A DNA stretch of 39,241 nt, taken from positions 1-39,241 of the IMG/VR virus record IMGVR_UViG_3300030099_001001, one strand, 5' to 3'. The stretch's first letter is position 1; each line of letters starts with the position of its first letter. Source of the DNA: a virus (Duplodnaviria; Caudoviricetes). Under the pieces are notes generated by a model that worked only from the letters and a program-made list of their open reading frames with translations, was not told where the DNA came from and searched no databases. Shown piece after piece: positions 1 to 8,700 of this stretch. A program made the position numbers and the translations under genes.

Positions 1-1134
1 ATCGAGGATACCAAGGACACAGCATACCTATACTACAAGAACTGTGCTGTCCGTGTGACAAAGGGAGAGGTCACACCGATAGATTACTTGGACCTCGGTG
101 GGTATGTATGGAAGGACCACGTCATTGATAGGGTGTTCAAGATATGTGATGGTAGCGATAGTGTATACCGTAAGTTCATATCAAACATCTGTGCGAGTCA
201 TGAGTCTAGGGTTGACAGCATGGAGTCTACGATTGGATTCCTACTTCATGCACACAAGAACCTATCGTACTGCCCTGCCGTAATCCTCAATGATGAGGTA
301 ATATCAGACAATCCCGAGGGAGGTACAGGTAAGGGTATATTTATGAACGCACTGTCGCAGATGAAGAAGGTAGTAACTATTGATGGCAAGTCATTTGCTT
401 TCGAGAGGTCGTTTGCTTATCAGCTTGTAAGTGCTGACACACAGATACTTGTATTCGATGATGTAAAGAAACACTTTGACTTCGAGCGATTGTTTAGCGT
501 GGTCACAGAGGGTCTAACACTAGAGAAGAAGAACAAGGATGCTATCAAGATACCATTCAGTAAGTCACCTAAGATTGCAATCACAACTAACTATGCCATC
601 AAGGGTGCAGGGAATAGCTTTGCTAGGAGGAAGTGGGAGTTGGAACTACATCAGCACTACACCAAAAACTTCACTCCATTGGATGAGTTTGGCAAGCTGA
701 TGTTTGGAGATTGGAGTGATGAGGAGTGGTGCTACTTTGACAACTACATGATAGGATGCCTTCAGATGTATCTTAATAAGGGGCTACGCAAGTCTGCCTT
801 TGTAAACCTAAAGGTTCGTCAGCTATCTGCAGAGACAACGCATGACTTCATCGAGTGGTGTGGTCTACTGCATGGGCAGGGTGAGAATAGGAATCTGATA
901 CCGGGTGTAAAGTTATATAAGCAGGACCTGTACTTTGATTTTGTGCAGGAGTATCCTGACTACGGACCCAAGGCAAAGATGACAATCTCAAGGACAAAGT
1001 TCTATCAGTGGCTTGTGGCATACTCTTTGTTTAAGGAGGGCCTCAAGCCTGAAGAAGGCAGAGACTCAACAGGTCGATGGATAATAATTAAGAAGGCTCC
1101 CGAGGTGGACCCACAGTATAAACTAATCAATTAA
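1..1134 (+). CDS. Primase-associated superfamily 3 (D5-like) helicase, C-terminal part; 5'-truncated by the window
   Basis: Frame is open from base 1 (IEDTKDTAYLYYKN...), so the GTG at 55 is internal. Walker A GGTGKG, Walker B ILVFDD, SF3 motif C-like IAITTN, followed by ARRKWELE. Confidence 0.85.
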   Translation: MEDTKDTAYLYYKNCAVRVTKGEVTPIDYLDLGGYVWKDHVIDRVFKICDGSDSVYRKFISNICASHESRVDSMESTIGFLLHAHKNLSYCPAVILNDEVISDNPEGGTGKGIFMNALSQMKKVVTIDGKSFAFERSFAYQLVSADTQILVFDDVKKHFDFERLFSVVTEGLTLEKKNKDAIKIPFSKSPKIAITTNYAIKGAGNSFARRKWELELHQHYTKNFTPLDEFGKLMFGDWSDEEWCYFDNYMIGCLQMYLNKGLRKSAFVNLKVRQLSAETTHDFIEWCGLLHGQGENRNLIPGVKLYKQDLYFDFVQEYPDYGPKAKMTISRTKFYQWLVAYSLFKEGLKPEEGRDSTGRWIIIKKAPEVDPQYKLIN

Positions 1135-1144
1135 ATCAAACACA

Positions 1145-1609
1145 ATGAAACAATTATTTTTATTTGCATCGTTGATGCTATCAGTAACAGCATACTCTCA
1201 ATGGGATGTAGGAGACTATGTCGATGAGAATGGCGTAGAGACAGGTGATATATTCTTACACCAAACATCTGTAGGAAAGTTCAGTCGTGGTAAAAAAACC
1301 AACAAGACTTGTACCTACTTCTTGGAACACGACCTTGTTGACAAGACCTTTATTATTACAGTGTACCCATTCGGTAAACTAGAGGAGGAGAGATGGAAGC
1401 AGGACACATTCCAATGGGCTATCATCAAGCAACCGTCAGGAGAGCTAAGGTCTGTCGAGGCTTTTTGTTTTGACGGTATGATATACTTTGAGGGCGCAGA
1501 GTACGATGAGTTTATGAATGTTATAAAGGAAGACGGAAAATACATAATGACAATGAACCATATAGAGGACAGCACTAAGACCAACTATAGATTTACATTT
1601 AATAACTAA
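1145..1609 (+). CDS. Exported (Sec signal peptide) hypothetical protein
   Basis: MKQ + hydrophobic LFLFASLMLSVT + A-Y-S|Q cleavage site; A-rich leader without SD. Confidence 0.75.
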   Translation: MKQLFLFASLMLSVTAYSQWDVGDYVDENGVETGDIFLHQTSVGKFSRGKKTNKTCTYFLEHDLVDKTFIITVYPFGKLEEERWKQDTFQWAIIKQPSGELRSVEAFCFDGMIYFEGAEYDEFMNVIKEDGKYIMTMNHIEDSTKTNYRFTFNN

Positions 1610-1613
1610 TAAA

Positions 1614-1946
1614 ATGAATTATAAAATAACATTTTGTATATTACATCCCGCTATTGGATTCGAGGAAAAAGATGGAATCACTATAGATTTACCATTTGTA
1701 CCTCAACTTAATACATGTTTAATATTAAGCCAAGAGCATTTGCGTCTCCTTGAAACCAAAGCTTTCAAATCAGAAAATAAAAAACACTACTTGAGCAAAT
1801 GGAACGATGAAACAGGAAAAGAATGGATGTCTAGAGGTAGAGATTATCTAGATTTGGGTGATTTTTTTTATGTACAATTTGTAAGATACTATACAGAAGA
1901 TAATAAGATAGTAGTAGTTCTTAATGATTATTATGATGATGAATAA
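1614..1946 (+). CDS. Hypothetical protein (AT-rich)
   Basis: 110-aa ORF packed tightly between neighbours, AATAAA before ATG; visibly more AT-rich than flanking genes. Confidence 0.7.
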   Translation: MNYKITFCILHPAIGFEEKDGITIDLPFVPQLNTCLILSQEHLRLLETKAFKSENKKHYLSKWNDETGKEWMSRGRDYLDLGDFFYVQFVRYYTEDNKIVVVLNDYYDDE

Positions 1947-1957
1947 AATGAAAAGAT

Positions 1958-3199
1958 ATGGTAGAGTTTAGAGATTATCAGAAGGATATAATAACGAAGG
2001 GTACGGAGATGTTGTTTTCATATGGCTTCTTGTATCTTGCGATGGAGGTACGTACAGGGAAGACATTGACAAGCTTAGGTATTTGTGAACAACTCAATGT
2101 TGAAAACGTATTGTTCTTAACCAAGAAGAAGGCCATGTCAAGTATCATGGATGACTTCGATATGCTATGCCCATCCAACTACTGTCTCTTTACAATCAAC
2201 TATGAGTCAATGCATAAGATACCAAACATAAGATGGGACGTAATAATATGTGATGAGGCACACTCGATGGGAGCTTTCCCAAAGCCAAGCAAGAGAGCTA
2301 AGGATGTAAAGAACCTCATACAAAGACACGACCCCTATGTCATACTAATGTCAGGCACACCGACACCTGAGTCATACTCACAGATGTATCATCAGGTGTA
2401 TGCGATACGTAACAATCCATTCAGTAGATACTCAAGCTTCTATAAGTTTGCTAATGATTGGGTGAAGGTAAAACAGAGAAAGATAAACGGAAACTTTATC
2501 AATGATTATAGCCACGGACTTGATAGTATCACCAAGGCAATGTCTCACTACACCATAAACCACTCACAGAAGCAGGCAGGCTTCGAGGTAGATACAAGAG
2601 AGCATATACTTAGGGTGAAACTAGAGGACAAGACGTATGCCCTAGCAAAGAGATTAAGCAAGGACCTAGTGGTTGAGGGAAAGGATGAGGTGATACTAGC
2701 TGACACAGCAGTAAAGCTGATGATGAAGCTACATCAGATATACTCAGGCACCATAAAGTTTGAGTCAGGTAGTAGCATGGTTATTGATATGACTAAAGCG
2801 AACTTTATAAAGCAGAGGTTCAAAGGGAAGAAGATAGGGATATTCTATAAGTTCACAGCAGAGCTCAAGGCAATCAAGGAGGCCTACGGAGACGGCATAA
2901 CAACAGAACTGAGCGAGTTTGAGAACACAGATAAATCTATCGCACTACAGATAGTATCCGGAAGGGAAGGGATATCATTAAGGCAGGCAGATGCATTGGT
3001 CTACTACAACATTGACTTCAGTGCGACAAGCTATTGGCAGAGTCGTGACAGAATGACAACAAAAGACAGGCTAGAGAGCGATGTCTATTGGATATTTAGT
3101 GAGCGTGGGATAGAGGATGATATATACAAAGCAGTATCAAAGAAGAAAACATATACAGTAAATTATTTTAAAAAGGATTTTGTAAATTTGCTAGGATGA
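1958..3199 (+). CDS. Superfamily 2 (SNF2-like/DExH) helicase
   Basis: Q-motif-like FRDYQ, motif I MEVRTGKT, motif II ICDEAH, motif III MSGTP, motif V SGREGISL, motif VI QSRDR. Confidence 0.9.
   Translation: MVEFRDYQKDIITKGTEMLFSYGFLYLAMEVRTGKTLTSLGICEQLNVENVLFLTKKKAMSSIMDDFDMLCPSNYCLFTINYESMHKIPNIRWDVIICDEAHSMGAFPKPSKRAKDVKNLIQRHDPYVILMSGTPTPESYSQMYHQVYAIRNNPFSRYSSFYKFANDWVKVKQRKINGNFINDYSHGLDSITKAMSHYTINHSQKQAGFEVDTREHILRVKLEDKTYALAKRLSKDLVVEGKDEVILADTAVKLMMKLHQIYSGTIKFESGSSMVIDMTKANFIKQRFKGKKIGIFYKFTAELKAIKEAYGDGITTELSEFENTDKSIALQIVSGREGISLRQADALVYYNIDFSATSYWQSRDRMTTKDRLESDVYWIFSERGIEDDIYKAVSKKKTYTVNYFKKDFVNLLG
3183..3190 (+). promoter_or_regulatory. Possible Bacteroidota -7 promoter element (TAAATTTG) giving a near-leaderless VRR-NUC transcript
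   Basis: TAnnTTTG ends 5 nt before the ATG at 3196, inside the helicase 3' end; no clear -33 element. Confidence 0.35.
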
Positions 3200-3435
3200 C
3201 CGAGCAACAAATCCAATCTAAAAGAATTAAGCAACTTGAATCTGAAGGGTACTACGTTATCAAATTAGTAAAGACCAACAAGAATGGCATACCCGACCTG
3301 ATAGCGATACCTCCCAACTGCGATGTGTTATTCTCAGAAATAAAAGGGCCTAAAGGAAAGGCTTCAAAGCTACAAGAGTACAGACTAAAAGAATTAAAAG
3401 ATTATGGATTTAGAACAGAAATATTTAGAGGATGA
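3196..3435 (+). CDS. VRR-NUC domain nuclease (putative Holliday-junction resolvase)
   Basis: TEQQIQ...GIPDLI...FSEIKGPKGKASKLQ matches the VRR-NUC PD-(D/E)xK pattern; ATGA overlap with the helicase. Confidence 0.88.
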   Translation: MTEQQIQSKRIKQLESEGYYVIKLVKTNKNGIPDLIAIPPNCDVLFSEIKGPKGKASKLQEYRLKELKDYGFRTEIFRG

Positions 3436-3730
3436 TTGGGTAGACTACGAGATAAACGGGTCGATGTTTATGGCACTAGCCGAGTTTGAAAAGAATCAAA
3501 CAGAGGAAATTCTTTTACAAATGGATACCTACGAGGGCTGTCTACCCGTAAAGAACGGACAGACGCAAATGGTGGGAGGTATAGTAAAAGAGGATGAGCC
3601 TATGTTCTTTGAGCTTACGTACATGAAACAACAGGGAGAGGTAACTTTATTTTTAGAAATCTCTGAGACAGACTGCGACACTTACTTGGATTATATGAAT
3701 GATAAAAAGATATTAACACAATGCACTTAG
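3404..3730 (+). CDS. Hypothetical acidic protein
   Basis: 108-aa ORF overlapping both neighbours in the operon; no motif recognised. Confidence 0.65.
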   Translation: MDLEQKYLEDDWVDYEINGSMFMALAEFEKNQTEEILLQMDTYEGCLPVKNGQTQMVGGIVKEDEPMFFELTYMKQQGEVTLFLEISETDCDTYLDYMNDKKILTQCT

Positions 3731-4305
3731 TAGAAACCACAAAAACAATTAAAAGAAATATGCATATAGAGAGTAAGCTGATTGCGATATTGAATGGATA
3801 CTTCAATATAGATATTAAGAAAAGAAGAAAGCTTACTCAGTACATATATGCTCGCAGTATCTTCTGTAAAATAATGCTTGACGAGGGGTATACCAAAAAA
3901 AACATTGGCTTAGCCTTGGGTAGATGTCACGCCACTGTGATTCACAGCCTTAAAATGTTTGAGATATACTACAGTCACGACAGGCTGTTCAGAGAATACT
4001 ACAATGAGTGTCGTCAATATCTAAAAGATATGGATGAAAAGATTGAACACGATGTAACTACGTATGAGCTACAAGAAGAGAGCGTTGAGGAGTTTTTGAG
4101 CTGTAGTATCAACAACCTAAAGTCAGAGGTGCTAGAGCTTAAAATTATAAATAACGCTTTGAAAAGAGAAAATAAATATTTACATTCGCAACTACAGGAG
4201 TATGAAAGGTATGATGATATTGTAAAGACAATAAGAGAGAGAGTGAGTTATAAGAATGTCAAATCTTTTACAAAGAAACTTAATACGATGCTTAATGGTA
4301 TATAG
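3721..4305 (+). CDS. DnaA domain IV-like helix-turn-helix protein with C-terminal coiled coil
   Basis: YARSIFCKI...NIGLALGRCHATVIHSLK resembles the DnaA C-terminal signature (IG..FG.RDHTTVLHA); no AAA+ domain. Start could be the ATG at 3760. Confidence 0.75.
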   Translation: MHLVETTKTIKRNMHIESKLIAILNGYFNIDIKKRRKLTQYIYARSIFCKIMLDEGYTKKNIGLALGRCHATVIHSLKMFEIYYSHDRLFREYYNECRQYLKDMDEKIEHDVTTYELQEESVEEFLSCSINNLKSEVLELKIINNALKRENKYLHSQLQEYERYDDIVKTIRERVSYKNVKSFTKKLNTMLNGI

Positions 4306-4329
4306 TTTCTATCCTGATTAAAAATTATA

Positions 4330-4524
4330 ATGAGGCTAGAGCACACAGACAGAGAACGAATCATCCATATTAACTTTGTGATGGACGAGATTCACGACCA
4401 ATCAAACTGTCTGTATGAGCACCTCATGGATGGTGAATATAGGGATGCAGGTGAAACCTTGTCGAGTCTTATAGATTGCCTTACTAATCTAAAGGATTCA
4501 ATAAAAAATAATGGAAGAGACTAG
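4330..4524 (+). CDS. Hypothetical helical protein
   Basis: 64-aa ORF with A-rich leader, fills the operon gap. Confidence 0.65.
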   Translation: MRLEHTDRERIIHINFVMDEIHDQSNCLYEHLMDGEYRDAGETLSSLIDCLTNLKDSIKNNGRD

Positions 4525-4915
4525 GGTGTGTAACACCTGTGGTGTAGAAAGGCCAATCGCTTATTATTACAGTGCAGGGACAAAGAGAGGCAAGAGGTAT
4601 CTAAGACAAAAATGTAAAGACTGCTATAGGTTAGTAAAGCGTGAGTATAGAGAGCGTAAAGCTAATTGGTTAAAGAACTATAAGAAAAAATTAAAGTGTA
4701 AAGGATGTGGATACTCTCAAGAGACTCACGAAAGCTTCTCTCATAGAGCCCTTGAGTTTCACCATCACAACGATGACAAATTATTTAATGTAAGCGAGGG
4801 AGTATTCATTGGATATTCACGTGAAAAAATAATAGCTGAAATAAAAAAGTGTACGGTACTCTGTTCAAGATGCCACGCTGAAAAACACGACAATCAAAAT
4901 GACAAAACAAAATAA
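4511..4915 (+). CDS. HNH endonuclease with zinc-binding CxxC pairs
   Basis: CNTC, CKDC, CKGCG...ALEFHH...CTVLCSRCHAEKH. Confidence 0.85.
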   Translation: MEETRVCNTCGVERPIAYYYSAGTKRGKRYLRQKCKDCYRLVKREYRERKANWLKNYKKKLKCKGCGYSQETHESFSHRALEFHHHNDDKLFNVSEGVFIGYSREKIIAEIKKCTVLCSRCHAEKHDNQNDKTK

Positions 4916-5171
4916 CATACTAGAGCAGATACTAGAAGACTTCCCGGATGATAATTACCTATACCCTACAGGATATGAGGACTGTGTGGTGGGTCTTGAG
5001 TATGAGAGTAACGTACTGATAATGGACGCTAATAAGATACTAGATAGGTTAATTACCGAGGAGGGAATGGATGAGCTCGAAGCTCAGGAACATTTTGATT
5101 ATAACATTGCAGGCAGTAAGGGAGATGGCTATCCTATCTATGCCTACATCCCGTCATTAAATGAGGTTTGA
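4899..5171 (+). CDS. Conserved acidic phage hypothetical protein
   Basis: GYEDCVVG...EGMDELEAQEHFDYNIAGS...P resembles a small family common in marine phages (recalled, not searched). Confidence 0.7.
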   Translation: MTKQNNILEQILEDFPDDNYLYPTGYEDCVVGLEYESNVLIMDANKILDRLITEEGMDELEAQEHFDYNIAGSKGDGYPIYAYIPSLNEV

Positions 5172-5574
5172 ATCTAAGAAAGATTTAGAGAGAGAACGAA
5201 AGGCTATGGAGACCTTCGTTAATGTGTTTAAGGGCTCATTTAAGAAGCTCGGAGAACACGACATAGACTACAGGGTGTTTGATAAATCTAATAAGCTTGT
5301 AGCGTATGTAGAGGTGAAGGGTAGATTGAGGACTATGGCTACTGCGTATCCGTTGCCTATCGCCTTGCAAAAAATTGTTAAATTATCAGCCAAGAGATTA
5401 AACCCTGTGATGATATGGGCCTGTGATGACGGCATTATCTACGGTAAGATTGATGAGTTGGTTGGTAGTGTAAGATGGGGAGGTAGACCACCAAGAGAGG
5501 GAGCCTACAATGACAATGAGCTAATGGCTTACTACGACAAGCAGAAGAAACTAAAGTACATCAGGTACGTTTAG
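5161..5574 (+). CDS. Putative PD-(D/E)xK-fold nuclease
   Basis: N-terminal helix with Glu, IDY, then YVEVKGR (ExK motif). Confidence 0.65.
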   Translation: MRFESKKDLERERKAMETFVNVFKGSFKKLGEHDIDYRVFDKSNKLVAYVEVKGRLRTMATAYPLPIALQKIVKLSAKRLNPVMIWACDDGIIYGKIDELVGSVRWGGRPPREGAYNDNELMAYYDKQKKLKYIRYV

Positions 5575-5716
5575 CTTTCCTTCTCTTACGCATCTTCGAC
5601 TTCTTCTTCTTAACCTTCTCGGGAAGATTCTTATTCGAGTAACCCTCCCACTCCTTTGCTATATCAGGAAGGTATTTGTGCATATATCTTCTTTGTGCTT
5701 TACTTTTAAACGGCAT
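5561..5716 (-). CDS. Small very basic protein, 51 aa (not in ORF track)
   Basis: Translated by hand: MPFKSKAQRRYMHKYLPDIAKEWEGYSNKNLPEKVKKKKSKMRKRRKAKRT*. Starts 13 nt after the stop of the 2866-aa gene; MPFKSxAQRR starts are familiar from small phage proteins. Confidence 0.8.
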   Translation of the reverse strand: MPFKSKAQRRYMHKYLPDIAKEWEGYSNKNLPEKVKKKKSKMRKRRKAKRT

Positions 5717-5729
5717 CGGCTATCTTGTT

Positions 5730-8700
5730 TTATTTTTTTAGCTTCCTAAGCTTCCTAAGCTTCCTAAGCTTCCTGATTTTTCTAGGTTTTCTAGTGTCAC
5801 TACTTGATTTAGAATCGCCACTATCTCCACTATCTCCACTGCTTTTATCTCTAAGCCCTTGGTATATATCTTCATTCAACCTATTTCTAAAGTCTCTATA
5901 GAAAGGAATTAATCCTGTCAGACCTCCAATCTCAAGAGGTATTCTCTGTTGTATTTCTCTTCGTTGTCTTTCTTTAGCATCCTCTTCTTTCTTCGGCTTA
6001 GAAAAGAAAAGTTTATTGGTCGAAAATATAAGGGACTTTAGAAGAGGTGTATAAGGACCAAATAAATTAGGAAGTATGTCTGAAGCTACATCAGTTTCTT
6101 TATAAGACTTCTCAGGAGGGATAATATTATACTGAACAAGGTTTTTGAATGGGTCATACTCTCCCTCTCTAATACCTAAATCTTCTCCATATCTTTCATT
6201 TGCTTGCTCGATAAAGTAGTTTTGTACCATTTTCACTATAGCACCAAAGTCTCTTCCAATAAATAGATTTGTTGCAGTGGAAAGTAATGCTCGGTAAACC
6301 CTTGTATATATACTTTCTTCTTTTTCCTCATCATCATCACCAAACATAAGTGAGTTTAATATAGGTATCATTAGTGTATACATAGTCATCCTTGCCGATA
6401 CAGCAGTCATAAGTAAAGCACCTTTGCCCGGAGATATATCACCCCTACCCATCGCTGCATACATTCCTTTTCTAAATGCATTGTATTCAAACAATAAGAA
6501 TCTCTGCATAAAGCTGTTTATAGTTTTGATTATAGAAGCTTTATCAGAAGCTCTCTTCTTATTCTTTAATATTCCCTGCAATGGATTATCTGTTGCACCA
6601 ATAAGAACGGAATTTGAGTCTGCTTTTTTCTTCGCTTCATTGATAGCCTTCTCAAACTTCTCCATATATGCAGTATCATTCTCTGCAATCTTATCGAAGT
6701 TAACTTCTTCTCCTGTAATATTTTTGAACTCAGTTGCAAATGTACCAAACCACATCGGTCTTGTAACCAATTTATCCGGGGTGGTAATCATAAAGTCAGC
6801 AATAACCTCAACGCCTCTAGGATATTTTTTAAGATAGGAAAGTGCTTGGTTCACTCTATTGACTACAGGATTCTTTGCTGAGTCAGCAGCCATTCCCATC
6901 TTCTTTTCTATCATAGATGTCTCTACAAACCTACCGGATAATCCCTCACCATATACCCTTGCGGTCTCTTTACTCCTTACGTTATTCATTACCTCAACCC
7001 CTCTTTCACTAAAAGCAACCTTCATATTTTTAGGTTTACTTCCTTCAGTAAACTCAACAGGATTAATTAATGCAAAGCTATAGTTAGAAAGTAGCTCACC
7101 AAAAACTCTTGGTACACTTGCAAGCATAGACCGATAACCCTGCTTGGCTGCATACTGAAATATTTGCTCACCAATACTACTGCTTGTAAATGTATTCTCA
7201 AGCACATCAGCTATAGCTTGATTGTATGCGTCCCTAACACCTAAGAATATCTGTCTTTGCTGACCCGTATTATCAAGCTGCTCCTCCATCTTATTTAGAG
7301 TTCTATTAGCGGTCCTCAGTGGAGCTGTTAGATGGTAGTCCATAAGCGTCATCTTAGCTCCTCTCCTAACAGATGCAGTAATATCAAAGTTGATAGCCTT
7401 AGCTCCCTTTGTTCTTTCAATAAGGTTCTTGGCTTTAGTCGATGGCTTGATGTTCTCCATGTAGTTTTCACTAAGAGCACGGGAGTCGTCCACTGCTACA
7501 CCATCGGTATTTAAAACCGACTGATGGATGTAGTCATTCAGAGGCTCTATTGATTCTCCTCTAATAACTGAGGCTGTATATGTAGCCTTATCTGTTAGCT
7601 TGGAGTTTATATCTTGAACCGTCTTTATCATATTAAGCTCGGCATAAACAAAACTGTCATCTAGTTTCTTTAAATCTATTTGACCATCTGTAGAATAATC
7701 TTCTAATATCCCCTGTAATATATCTGCCTCATAGTTTTGATTACTGTCTCTAAGCTTTTTAATTGTAGCCTCTATAACCTCAGCGGCAGGATTTACCTGA
7801 GGGTTGTTGGGGTTTGATTCAAACTCTTGCTGAACCATATAAGCCATCTGCTTATACTTAGATTCTAATATCTTATTGCCGTTGTTTTTAAACTTCTTTT
7901 GTAGCTGTACCTCTGCATCCTCGATAGTGTTGTAGACCTTGTTTAGCTCCGTGTTAAAAGTCGTAACCGCTTCTGCGGATTCTTCAAGTACAGAGTTAAA
8001 TATTCTCTTGCTCGAGAAATCTCCAAGAACCATATCAATATTTATCAGAGGGTTTCTTTCTATAAGCTTGTAATATTTATTAGCATCCGAACCACTTTTA
8101 TATAGTGTTTTAATTTTTGCTATCTGCGTACTCACGGCAAGTGGCTTAGCATCCCTGATACCTTCCGCTCCTGTCTTAGACCTGTTGATTGACTCTAAGT
8201 TCTCTGATGCCAACTGAACATAGTGAGTGACATACCCATTGTTTATATTGTCAATAGCCTTCTCAATGTTTTTAAGCTGTGCGTTGTTCAAGTCATCGAT
8301 GGCATCAGTCTTTATAAGTCTTGCAAAATCTTTTACTAAAGCTTTCTCAATTGCTAACTCTATTCGGTCAACATTAACAGAAGATTTTTTAATATTCTTT
8401 ATTAGAATCTCCTTCTCCTCCTCCATTTCTTTCTGCTTCTCTTCCTCTGTTTTGCCCTCTGCTTTTTCAATAGGCATAATCTCTGACTTAAACTTTCTCA
8501 TCAGCTTAGCCTCGTCTTCTGTTATGACCTTATCCTTGAGCATCTGAGCAACTGTCTTAGCAAAGCTAACTGCTCCTGTCTTAGTAAACTCTTTATCCTC
8601 AAAGGCTTCAAACCTTTCTGAAAGCTCGCCAAGCTCTGAGTTCTGAACTGATAGCTCCTCAAATATTTTTGCTATTGTTTCTTTTACCTCAGTAGAATCC

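Noticed and set aside
98-3806. Alternative-frame or antisense ORFs in the replication block (98-283, 1315-1584, 1978-2178, 3615-3806)
   Set aside because: Overlap motif-bearing genes and show no features of their own.
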